UHGV virus genome: UHGV-0196030 | Length of the DNA stretch: 11,550 nucleotides | From: a virus | Reading direction: 5' to 3' (one strand) | Shown: positions 1 through 6,858 of the stretch, piece by piece | Layout of the letters: every line of letters begins with the position of its first letter | How positions within the stretch are numbered: the stretch's first letter is position 1 | Made by a program: the position numbers and the translations under genes | The notes under the pieces: generated by a model | The model's database searches: none | What the model was told of the DNA's origin: nothing | What the model saw: only the letters and a program-made list of their open reading frames with translations

Positions 1-673
1 GTACGCAGCCCTGAGTTGGGATGTTGAATTTGTCGATCACGCCATAAATGGTATCCAGCACGCGGCTTAAGTTTTCCACGTCGTCAGTTACCGGGTTAAC
101 GCCGATCACCGCATCGCCCACCCCAAAGGAAAGCCCTTCATAGATTTGCGCAGCGATACTTTGCACGTCGTCACGGGTATCGTTCGGCTGCAAACGGGCG
201 CTAAAGGTGCCCGGAATACCGATGGTGGTATTGGCCTTTTTGATTACCGGCATTTTCTTCGCGCCGTAGATCAGGTCCGCGTTGGAGCAAATCTTCGCTA
301 CCGCCGCGACCACTTCCGAGGTCAGCCCTTTGCGGGTAAAGGCAATGTCGTCCACGCTGGTTTCATCGCTCAGCACATACTCACGCAGTTCGCTGATGCT
401 CCAGTTTTTAATCTGGTTGTAGGCCGTTTCGTTAACGTCGTCCTGAATCAGCCGCGTCACGCAGTCATCTTCATAGGCAATCACCGGATTATTGCGGATG
501 TCCGCTACGGTCATTTCCGACAACACCTGCTTTGCCGCCACGCGCTCCTGTGAGCTTGCCGCTGCAACGCCCGCCAGCACATCCCCCGAACGCAGTTCGT
601 TGGCTTTAGCCAGCACCTCTTTTACATCCTTAAACTGATATACATTGCCGAACAATGTGGTCTTTAGTTTCAT
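1..673 (-). CDS. eutB: Ethanolamine ammonia-lyase large subunit EutB, N-terminal ~224 codons (gene continues past the window start)
   Basis: Reverse-complement translation from the ATG at 673..671 reads MKLKTTLFGNVYQFKDVKEVLAKANELRSGDVLAGVAAASSQERVAAKQVL..., which I recognise as the EutB N-terminus. The frame stays open to position 1. A GAGGGAA Shine-Dalgarno lies 5-11 nt upstream on the minus strand. Confidence 0.9.
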   Translation of the reverse strand, partial: MKLKTTLFGNVYQFKDVKEVLAKANELRSGDVLAGVAAASSQERVAAKQVLSEMTVADIRNNPVIAYEDDCVTRLIQDDVNETAYNQIKNWSISELREYVLSDETSVDDIAFTRKGLTSEVVAAVAKICSNADLIYGAKKMPVIKKANTTIGIPGTFSARLQPNDTRDDVQSIAAQIYEGLSFGVGDAVIGVNPVTDDVENLSRVLDTIYGVIDKFNIPTQGCV

Positions 674-684
674 AAGTCGTTCCC

Positions 685-717
685 TCAGGAAGAAGTGATG
701 AGTAACATTTTTCACAG
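685..717. repeat. Left junction: imperfect copy of the eutA 3' end (attL-like) just upstream of the eutB start
   Basis: TCAGGAAGAAGTGATGAGTAACATTTTTCACAG resembles the genuine eutA 3' end at 10688..10720 (TCAGGAAGGAAATGCGAGTGATTTCACCGTCAC): the first 8 nt are identical, then shared TG, GAGT and TTTCAC blocks with indels. Aligned by eye. Confidence 0.45.
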
Positions 718-957
718 CCTGCAAACAATTCTATTTCATCGTTAGCCCTTGTCCTGTAAGGTAATTGGCTTAACACGCCCGCTATTCATCCTGCCGAACG
801 CAACCGAACGCGCCGGATACATGAGCGGGGTTATCGAGTCGTTAGATCGAGGTATCCGGTTTTAAGCAAGACACCACTGACAGCAAAGGGCATAGAGGCC
901 GCCCAGCCGAAGGACAAGCCCTACAAACTCACCGATTCACTAACACCTGGCCTGTTC

Positions 958-2067
958 TTGCTGGTCCATCCCAATGGCAGCAAATACTGGCGATTCCGGT
1001 ACTGGATAGACAAGAAAGAGCGATTACAGGCCATCGGGGTATATCCGCTGATTAGCCTCAAGGAAGCCCGCAAACGCGCCACAGAGAGCCGTTTACTGAT
1101 AGCCCAGGGAATTGACCCAATGGAAGAAGCACGCAAGGAGAAAGCCATTGATGCGCTCAACATGGCGGCAAGTTTTAAGACCGTGGCGGAGGACTGGCTG
1201 ACTACTAGGGTGAGCGGTTGGTCAGAGTCCTACACGAAACAGGTCAGGACGGCGCTGAAAAATGACGTTTACCCCGTGCTGGGTAAGCGTTCAATCGTCG
1301 ATATAACCGCCCGTGATGTTCTGGCATTGCTTCAGAAGAAAGAGCGCACCGCGCCGGAGGCGGCCCATAAGTTACGCCAGCGTATCGGGGAGATCTTCAA
1401 ATTTGCCGTTATCACCGAACTGGTTAACCGGAATCCGGTTGCAGATCTGGATACGGCATTGAAAGCCAGACGCCCAGGCCATAACGCATGGATACAAATT
1501 AGTGAAATTCCGGCCTTCTACAAAGCCCTTGAGAGAGCCGGGAGCGTACAGATTCAGACGGCAATACGCTTGCTTATATTGACGGCATTAAGAACGGCAG
1601 AATTGCGAAAAATGCGGTGGGAATGGGTAGATCTGAGCACGGCAACAATCACCCTACCCGCTGAAGTCATGAAGGCCCGCCGACCGCACGTAGTCCCGTT
1701 ATCCCGGCAAGCGGTCGAGCTATTACAGGACCAGTTTACCCGCAGCGGGTACAGTGCTTTCGTCTTTCCGGGCCGATTCATGGATAAGCCATTGTCAGCA
1801 AGTGCCATCCTTAAAGCCCTGGAGCGTATCGGGTACAAGTCGATCGCCACTGGTCATGGTTGGCGGACCACCTTTTCAACGGCGCTTAATGAGTCTGGCA
1901 GATACTCACCAGACTGGATCGAAATCCAATTGGCCCACGTTCCGAAAGGTGTGCGCGGTGTATATAACCAGGCCGCCTACCTGAAGCAACGGCGGGTAAT
2001 GATGCAGGACTACGCGGACGCTATTGTTCTGATATTGGCTGGTGACGGTAATCCGCTGGAACCGTGA
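958..2067 (+). CDS. intZ: P4-family tyrosine integrase (site-specific recombinase); ORF shown from the first in-frame TTG, but N-terminal homology continues upstream to about 868
   Basis: N-terminal arm-binding-type sequence ...KDKPYKLTDSLTPGLFLLVHPNGSKYWRFRYWIDKKERLQAIGVYPLISLKEARKRATESRLL... and C-terminal catalytic region ...HGWRTTFSTALNESGRYSPDWIEIQLAHVPKGVRGVYNQAAYLKQRRVMMQDYADAI (H-x-x-R and catalytic Tyr as in P4 Int). Symbol given by locus analogy to K-12 CPZ-55, not by sequence identity check. Confidence 0.88.
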   Translation: MLVHPNGSKYWRFRYWIDKKERLQAIGVYPLISLKEARKRATESRLLIAQGIDPMEEARKEKAIDALNMAASFKTVAEDWLTTRVSGWSESYTKQVRTALKNDVYPVLGKRSIVDITARDVLALLQKKERTAPEAAHKLRQRIGEIFKFAVITELVNRNPVADLDTALKARRPGHNAWIQISEIPAFYKALERAGSVQIQTAIRLLILTALRTAELRKMRWEWVDLSTATITLPAEVMKARRPHVVPLSRQAVELLQDQFTRSGYSAFVFPGRFMDKPLSASAILKALERIGYKSIATGHGWRTTFSTALNESGRYSPDWIEIQLAHVPKGVRGVYNQAAYLKQRRVMMQDYADAIVLILAGDGNPLEP

Positions 2068-2074
2068 ACTATAA

Positions 2075-2100
2075 GGCCGGATTCGTCCGGCTTTTCTTTC
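2075..2100 (+). terminator. Rho-independent terminator after the integrase gene
   Basis: Stem GCCGGA (2076..2081) / TCCGGC (2086..2091), loop TTCG, followed by TTTTCTTTC, 8 nt after the TGA stop at 2065..2067. Confidence 0.6.
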
Positions 2101-2104
2101 GCTA

Positions 2105-2135
2105 ATTATTCCATTATTCCAATTAAGTGGAATAA
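2105..2135. promoter_or_regulatory. Operator-like site: tandem ATTATTCC x2 followed by a perfect 8-bp inverted repeat TTATTCCA-n6-TGGAATAA
   Basis: ATTATTCC at 2105..2112 and 2113..2120. Inverted-repeat arms at 2114..2121 and 2128..2135 with a 6-bp spacer, in an AT-rich intergenic region upstream of the 2277 CDS. Confidence 0.35.
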
Positions 2136-2214
2136 ATTATTCAATATCAAGAACTTAAATCCATGTTTGCAACGAAAGATCCAGAGTTCGAAAATAGGAT
2201 CAACACAAATAAAA

Positions 2215-2244
2215 GCCCCCGGCATGTTGCAGCATTCCGGGGGC
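2215..2244 (+). promoter_or_regulatory. Stable stem-loop in the putative 5' leader of the 2277 CDS
   Basis: 8-bp GC stem GCCCCCGG (2215..2222) / CCGGGGGC (2237..2244) with a 14-nt loop, about 30 nt upstream of the AAGGAG Shine-Dalgarno. Confidence 0.3.
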
Positions 2245-2276
2245 GGTATGAGAAACAAGCTAAAGGAGAATTTCTC

Positions 2277-2786
2277 ATGTCTGATATGCTAGCAGTAGAA
2301 CAAGAAACAAACAATGATGTTCGTCAATTTTTAAATAAAATTAACGAGTTACGGAATAAAGCACCCAAAAACGAAGAGACTAAACACGAAGAACACACGC
2401 CAGATCATTACGAGGCAAAACAGCAGGAGCAAGCCTGGCGTGGCAACCTGCGCTACCTGGATACATTAAACCGACTTGATGAGGTATTGCCTCGCAAACT
2501 GTACGAAAGGTGGGAGAAAGAACATACAGTCAACGACGAGGCCGTGCTACGCGCCCTTTGCTACTTTGCTGGTACTGGCAAAAACTCACAGTTGGGATGG
2601 TGCAGGGTTGGCAGGGGAACAATCGACAAGCGAGCCAGGCTATCAAAAAACACGGTTAAAAAATGCCTCGATCGTCTGGTCCACCACTTCAAACTGGTTG
2701 AGCGTACTGAAGGCTATATACCCGGATCGGCAGAAAGGGAATGCAACGAGTACCAGCTATTATTCAAGCCGTACAACATGAAATAA
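2277..2786 (+). CDS. Hypothetical protein, 169 aa, with a C-terminal winged-helix-like DNA-binding region (possible replication initiator or regulator)
   Basis: Strong SD AAGGAG (2263..2268) 8 nt before the ATG at 2277; the ORF-track start at 2163 has no SD. C-terminal segment GWCRVGRGTIDKRARLSKNTVKKCLDRLVHHFKLVERTEG looks like a winged helix. Followed by a terminator and an iteron cluster. Confidence 0.55.
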   Translation: MSDMLAVEQETNNDVRQFLNKINELRNKAPKNEETKHEEHTPDHYEAKQQEQAWRGNLRYLDTLNRLDEVLPRKLYERWEKEHTVNDEAVLRALCYFAGTGKNSQLGWCRVGRGTIDKRARLSKNTVKKCLDRLVHHFKLVERTEGYIPGSAERECNEYQLLFKPYNMK

Positions 2787-2794
2787 CGGAATCA

Positions 2795-2817
2795 GGCGGG
2801 CAATGTTCCCGCCTTTT
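2795..2817 (+). terminator. Rho-independent terminator after the 2277..2786 CDS
   Basis: Stem GGCGGG (2795..2800) / CCCGCC (2808..2813), loop CAATGTT, then TTTTCTTT. Confidence 0.65.
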
Positions 2818-2840
2818 CTTTGCCTTAATTCCATGAATTC

Positions 2841-2964
2841 AGGTGGGTCAAAAGTTGCCGTTAAGGTGGGTCAAAAGTTGCCGAGTAAGAATTCTACTAT
2901 TAAGAATTCTAGGCGACGGGAGTTTTTTAGCCTCCCGGTCGGTCATAGAGAGTCGCCTAGAGTT
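2841..2964. repeat. Iteron-like repeat cluster: two identical 20-bp direct repeats, two TAAGAATTCT repeats and a nested palindrome
   Basis: AGGTGGGTCAAAAGTTGCCG at 2841..2860 and 2864..2883, identical, 23 bp centre to centre. TAAGAATTCT at 2886..2895 and 2901..2910. Inverted repeat CTAGGCGAC (2909..2917) / GTCGCCTAG (2952..2960) enclosing hairpin CGGGAG-n9-CTCCCG. Confidence 0.6.
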
Positions 2965-3793
2965 AAAACAGAAGAATTGTTTCGCCGCCTGATAGGTCGG
3001 CTGGTTGCGAGCATTAACCATGCTGATTAGCGCAATCATTTCCAGCAAGCTGGAAACGCCCATTCACTCACGCACAACCTGAACAGCAGACCAACAGAAC
3101 ATCATGGCGATTCGTTCATGGGTAGCGCGGTATATCTCAAATGTGACGCCTCTTGTTGCTGGACCTTCGGAAAACACCATGGAGACGAAAGTATTCAATC
3201 TGGTCTGGCAGCAGGGAGAGCTTCGCTTCGCTCGTCTCCTGGGGCCAATGCTCAATGAAACGACGTAAGGCACGGAGCGCTCACCATAGGCAGACACATA
3301 AACATCTGAGAGCGCACCTTCTATCGCGCTACGCGCTCAATAAAAACCAACGACACCGCCATCCTGCCTGACCGATGTTTTTAACCAGCGTATACAGAGA
3401 AACAGACAATAGCATGAAATCAGCGTATATCCAGGTGCAGACGGCACTATCACACAACGCACAGCAGGCTTAAGTGACCACTCAGGAAACTTTATCCCCG
3501 CCACCGACTAACGCAAACCGTCCTGACCGCGCCAAATTCGAAAGGAATGCTACCTTAAACGCGATTAACACACATAAGCGCCACACTTACTTACCTGAAA
3601 ACTTCACAGCGTCACAGCGCGTTTTAGACACGTTAAAATCGATGCGATTTCATTAAATTTTTTTCACTCGCCTGAATGGTGGCAATCAGGACTGATTGCA
3701 ACATTGCCCCGCCTCGATACTGAGCGCATAATAAATACATACATTAAGCGGAAACGTCATTAACAGATTTGGAAAAACAATGGGTTACACATC

Positions 3794-4414
3794 ATGCGCA
3801 TATCAAAGCAGCAACGCCAAATCCTCGACTATCTGGCAGAAAACGAATCAATCACAGCACGCCAGGCGGCAGATCTCGTTTATGGCGGCAACGTTACCCG
3901 CGTACAGGTCGATGCAGCCCGCCGTTCACTGATGGCGCTGGTCAGCAATGGGCTAATCATGAAACAAGGCCGCGCTTTCGTAGCTGAAAGACATATCAAT
4001 CACGCTTATAGCCAGGACGTTGAAGAGTTGCGCCGTCAGATCCTTTGGGTATTCAGCAAAGAGGGGCAGGACTATCTCATTTCTGAGCGTCCAAATTACG
4101 CCGCCAAAGAGTTAACAGTAAGCGGATTGTCGTGCGCACTGGATTATCTTGTCGGTGAAGGTTGCGTTACTTACAAGCAGCTATGGCACGCCCTGAACAC
4201 GCTTGTAGAAGATGGTTTACTCATTGCCACGCGTGAGAATATCGAATACTGGATAATGCCGCGTTCAGGTCGCCGCAATCATGCGCGGTATATTTCAGGC
4301 AACAAATACAGAACGCCTGACTTTAATCCGACACAGGAAGATCGGGACCGTGCCGAAATGATGTGCAGGGAACGGGAGAAAAGATTCATGGACAAGTTGT
4401 TTTCGATGCGGTGA
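3794..4414 (+). CDS. Hypothetical protein, 206 aa, with an N-terminal winged-helix/HTH-like region (putative DNA-binding protein)
   Basis: Long ORF with protein-like composition. N-terminal ISKQQRQILDYLAENESITARQAADLVYGG...RSLMALVSNGLIMKQGR resembles MarR/winged-helix recognition helices. Weak SD. A strong terminator follows directly. Confidence 0.5.
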   Translation: MRISKQQRQILDYLAENESITARQAADLVYGGNVTRVQVDAARRSLMALVSNGLIMKQGRAFVAERHINHAYSQDVEELRRQILWVFSKEGQDYLISERPNYAAKELTVSGLSCALDYLVGEGCVTYKQLWHALNTLVEDGLLIATRENIEYWIMPRSGRRNHARYISGNKYRTPDFNPTQEDRDRAEMMCREREKRFMDKLFSMR

Positions 4415-4420
4415 ACACAA

Positions 4421-4443
4421 GCGGGCGCAATGCCCGTTTTTTA
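4421..4443 (+). terminator. Rho-independent terminator after the 3794..4414 CDS
   Basis: Stem CGGGC (4422..4426) / GCCCG (4432..4436), loop GCAAT, followed by T6 (4437..4442), 7 nt after the TGA stop. Confidence 0.7.
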
Positions 4444-4583
4444 TTGCCTTATTCCACGTCAGACGAATCAATCTAATCACACCTGAGCAAATGCATTGCC
4501 AAAAATTTAGGCTGTCAGAATGCGTTTTAGCGCGTTTTAAGGGCATCGAATTTTAATTAATTTTGATGCGGTGATTTGCGGGC

Positions 4584-4671
4584 AAAAAAAATCCAGCCGG
4601 AGAGGGCTGGAAATAGAGACATATCGTTGTAGTTATTAACAGATCACATTTTGAGGCTGAGTATTTACCTC
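4584..4671 (-). ncRNA. Putative small antisense RNA (~88 nt) with its own promoter and intrinsic terminator; contains a 14-nt complement of the HNH gene ribosome-binding region
   Basis: Minus-strand promoter-like hexamers: -35 TTGCAC (complement of 4701..4706), 17-bp spacer, -10 GATAAT (complement of 4678..4683). Minus-strand terminator: stem 4592..4598 / 4605..4611 followed by U8 (complement of A8 at 4584..4591). No ORF longer than about 19 codons inside. Contains the complement of 4643..4656, which is identical to 5090..5103 at the HNH Shine-Dalgarno. Confidence 0.3.
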
Positions 4672-4755
4672 ACTAATATTATCGCGCCGTTATGGTGATT
4701 GTGCAAATCATCTCTTCCAATCACAAAAACGTCATATTCGACAATGAAGCCGTGT

Positions 4756-4784
4756 TTGAACACGTAGGACAATGGGAATAAAAT
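4756..4784 (+). promoter_or_regulatory. Candidate sigma70 promoter for the alpA-HNH operon
   Basis: -35 TTGAAC (4756..4761), 17-bp spacer, -10 TAAAAT (4779..4784). Predicted start near 4791, about 90 nt upstream of alpA. Confidence 0.4.
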
Positions 4785-4823
4785 AATTACATAGGGTTTT
4801 TCTCTTGGCCTATTTTTTCATTC

Positions 4824-4868
4824 AGCGGCGGTTGTTTTTCTCCATATTTCCAGCCGCCGCTCCTTTTC
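4824..4868 (+). promoter_or_regulatory. Leader hairpin with a short U-tract upstream of alpA (possible attenuator)
   Basis: Stem AGCGGCGG (4824..4831) / CCGCCGCT (4854..4861), 22-nt loop, followed by CCTTTTCG, then the alpA SD GAGG at 4872..4875. Confidence 0.3.
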
Positions 4869-4883
4869 GAAGAGGTGATGAAA

Positions 4884-5075
4884 ATGAACGACTTTCCCGA
4901 ATTGATAAGCTGCGAACAAGTCGCTCGACTTTTTTGTGTAAGCAAGCGCACGATTCTCAGGTGGGTAGATAAAATCCCCGGCTTTCCAATCCCTGTAAGT
5001 CCTGAAGGAACCCCGCTCCGCTTTATTCGCAGCGAAATTCTCGAGTATTTCTACAGAGGGCACAACCATAAATAA
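4884..5075 (+). CDS. alpA: AlpA-family phage transcriptional regulator / excisionase-like HTH protein (about 63 aa)
   Basis: Small protein with the AlpA-like pattern ...LISCEQVARLFCVSKRTILRWVDKIPGFPIPVSPEGTPLRFIRSEILEYF. SD GAGG at 4872..4875, 8 nt before the ATG at 4884; in-frame GTG 4875 and ATG 4878 sit too close to the SD. Symbol is family-level. Confidence 0.7.
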   Translation: MNDFPELISCEQVARLFCVSKRTILRWVDKIPGFPIPVSPEGTPLRFIRSEILEYFYRGHNHK

Positions 5076-5111
5076 CGAAATAAAATCCCATCACATTTTG
5101 AGGTAAACATC

Positions 5112-5507
5112 ATGACCAATATCGAAAGATTAGAACGCTGTGCCGATATTATGCGGCGCAGATGGATTTATGACCCTGAAGCGGGTTTATTGTTTAGCCG
5201 TGAAACAAAAGACGTTATCAAAGGCAGCATGACCAATAAAGGGCATTTGGTTGTAACGGTACATGAAGGTAAATTCAAAGTGACACTCACCTATCAGAAA
5301 GCCTGCTATGTATACACATACGGCGCTTATGACGAGACATTATATGAAGTGCACCACGTTAATTTGAACAAACAGGATAACCGCATCAAGAATATTCGCC
5401 TGATGCCGAAAGAAAAGCACCGCCGGATACATAAAAACGTCCGCAAACTTATTCGGCTGGGCCACACACAATGGCTTCAACCGCAATTAATTGAACAATC
5501 ACTATAA
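5112..5507 (+). CDS. HNH endonuclease (HNH_3-type), 131 aa
   Basis: Motif YEVHHVNLNKQDNRIKNIRLMPKEKHRRIH matches the H-H-x-N...N-R...N-(I/L)-R signature of phage HNH_3 nucleases. SD GAGG at 5100..5103, 8 nt before the ATG. Confidence 0.6.
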   Translation: MTNIERLERCADIMRRRWIYDPEAGLLFSRETKDVIKGSMTNKGHLVVTVHEGKFKVTLTYQKACYVYTYGAYDETLYEVHHVNLNKQDNRIKNIRLMPKEKHRRIHKNVRKLIRLGHTQWLQPQLIEQSL

Positions 5508-5524
5508 ACACAGGAGTAAATACC

Positions 5525-5788
5525 ATGCATTCATTAGACAGTTATTTTCAGCGCACGACAGCCCCTAAATCAGCTGCCCAGGAACGCCGTGAGGAATTCC
5601 ATGAGAAAGTGATGCGTTCTGCTGATTATATTGCGGACAAGTTCGTGGAAACGGTTCGTCCACTTGTTGATGAAGTAGCTGATAAACTTCAGTCTGAAAT
5701 GCCGGAAGATATGGAAGGCACTGCAAAGCGGCGACTCATTTGCGAATTAAGTCGTCGTTTTGGCGTGTCAATAAGCGCTTTTAAATAA
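5525..5788 (+). CDS. Hypothetical protein, 87 aa
   Basis: Strong SD AGGAG (5512..5516) 8 nt before the ATG. Tightly packed between the HNH gene and the next ORF. Charged, protein-like composition. Confidence 0.5.
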   Translation: MHSLDSYFQRTTAPKSAAQERREEFHEKVMRSADYIADKFVETVRPLVDEVADKLQSEMPEDMEGTAKRRLICELSRRFGVSISAFK

Positions 5789-5810
5789 TCGAAAAAAGGG
5801 GGGAAAGATA

Positions 5811-6353
5811 ATGGACGCATTTGAGGTACTGGCAAATAAAGGCGCGGAACTGGTAGCACAGCGTGATAAAACCGCCAACGAAGGGGAACGCGCACTGCTA
5901 AATAGACAGATTAAAGCGATCCGTATGGCCCAGTTTAAATTAATCAGCAATGAAGTTATCGAAACAATTAAACCGCAGATCCCACAAATCGTTGCTGACG
6001 CTATTAAAGCCGCCGGACTGGAGAAACGCATTGCCGGGCTAAAAACGAACGCAGAGAAAATGGAGATGCACAAACAGAGCGGTGCTCCGAATCCCGATGA
6101 GTACTTCTCACCGGATGTTGAGTTTATGGCGCAGGTTGAGGAACGTCTGGGTAGCTGTCTCACCGAGGAACAGCGTCGCTATTTTGATGGAGTGGATAGT
6201 TCGGCAGGTATTGACCTGAACTCGTATTTCGGTCGTGAAATTGAGCATTTTGATGCCGCCCCGTCTATGCCGGAGCCAGAAACAGAAATGGCCGCCGATC
6301 CTGAAGCTGAGCAACGGAAACGCGTATTCAATGCGATAGGGATTCGGTACTGA
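5811..6353 (+). CDS. Hypothetical protein, 180 aa, acidic C-terminus
   Basis: G-rich SD (AAGGGGGG, 5796..5803) before the ATG at 5811, which lies 22 nt after the previous stop. Codon usage looks coding. No motif recognised. Confidence 0.5.
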   Translation: MDAFEVLANKGAELVAQRDKTANEGERALLNRQIKAIRMAQFKLISNEVIETIKPQIPQIVADAIKAAGLEKRIAGLKTNAEKMEMHKQSGAPNPDEYFSPDVEFMAQVEERLGSCLTEEQRRYFDGVDSSAGIDLNSYFGREIEHFDAAPSMPEPETEMAADPEAEQRKRVFNAIGIRY

Positions 6354-6404
6354 TCGGATAAAAGAAAGCCGGGAATTACCCCGGCTGACTTAACAATGTG
6401 ACCA

Positions 6405-6779
6405 ATGAACAAATCGGACAAGACAAACAGGATAAGCAGTCTCGAAACAATGTTCGGGAACTATATTAGCACAAGTCCGGAGAAAATCATCATGTTGGCA
6501 CTACGCATCATGCAGGGCATCGCTAAGACCCTCGCAGAACATGTCTTAGACCTGAAACATTCGCCACTGAGCAAACAGGCCATGAAGCGCCAAACGCTTC
6601 GTCTGTGGGCTGAATATTCGCTTGGAACTATCAATAAGCTCATCAATATGAAGTCGAAAGATAATGGCAGTGTCCATGAGTGTAACAGCGAAGAAAAGGA
6701 ATTTGTGAAACGCCTGAAGTTAATCCGCGCCGATATTCACTCACAACTGGCCTCTTGTGGTTGCGATATTGATGACTAA
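6405..6779 (+). CDS. Hypothetical protein (124 aa from ATG 6405; a better-supported start at ATG 6492 would give 95 aa)
   Basis: ATG 6405 has no SD. The in-frame ATG at 6492 is preceded by GGAGA (6479..6483) at 8-nt spacing. The C-terminal region is the same either way. Confidence 0.45.
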   Translation: MNKSDKTNRISSLETMFGNYISTSPEKIIMLALRIMQGIAKTLAEHVLDLKHSPLSKQAMKRQTLRLWAEYSLGTINKLINMKSKDNGSVHECNSEEKEFVKRLKLIRADIHSQLASCGCDIDD

Positions 6780-6808
6780 CAGCGTGCTAACGGGGGGTTA
6801 ATCGCCCC

Positions 6809-6858
6809 TTAGCGATAGCTTAGCTAACTGTTAGTGAGCCTTAGCGACATCTTAGCGA
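6809..6858. repeat. Five helically phased iterons TTAG(C/T)(G/T)A immediately upstream of the terS-like gene (candidate packaging or protein-binding array)
   Basis: TTAGCGA 6809, TTAGCTA 6820, TTAGTGA 6831, TTAGCGA 6841, TTAGCGA 6852: spacing 11, 11, 10, 11 bp. Preceded by a G-rich hairpin-like GGGGGG-TTAAT-CGCCCC at 6792..6808. Confidence 0.55.

Noticed and set aside
146-553. 135-aa + strand ORF
   Set aside because: Lies entirely antisense within the recognisable eutB coding region (minus strand); a shadow ORF with no ribosome-binding site.
700-860. Possible tRNA gene at the integrase-proximal junction, as expected for many P4-family integrases
   Set aside because: No tRNA-like sequence seen by eye (no T-arm or acceptor-CCA features). 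The integration target appears to be the 3' end of eutA instead.
1554-1984. ORFs 1554..1850 (minus) and 1754..1984 (+)
   Set aside because: Embedded in alternative frames of the integrase gene; no start context and no independent support.
2163-2276. Upstream ATG at 2163 extending the 2277 CDS to 207 aa
   Set aside because: No Shine-Dalgarno at 2163, whereas the ATG at 2277 has a consensus AAGGAG at ideal spacing. The extension would also translate through the leader stem-loop.
2476-2781. 101-aa ORF in an alternative frame
   Set aside because: Overlaps the better-supported 2277..2786 CDS on the same strand; no ribosome-binding site.
3064-3656. Small ORFs 3064..3297 (minus), 3153..3371 (+), 3474..3656 (+)
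   Set aside because: No ribosome-binding sites, no recognisable motifs, and they sit in a compositionally biased region; treated as non-coding pending homology evidence.
4818-5069. 83-aa minus-strand ORF
   Set aside because: Antisense to the well-supported alpA-family gene; shadow ORF.
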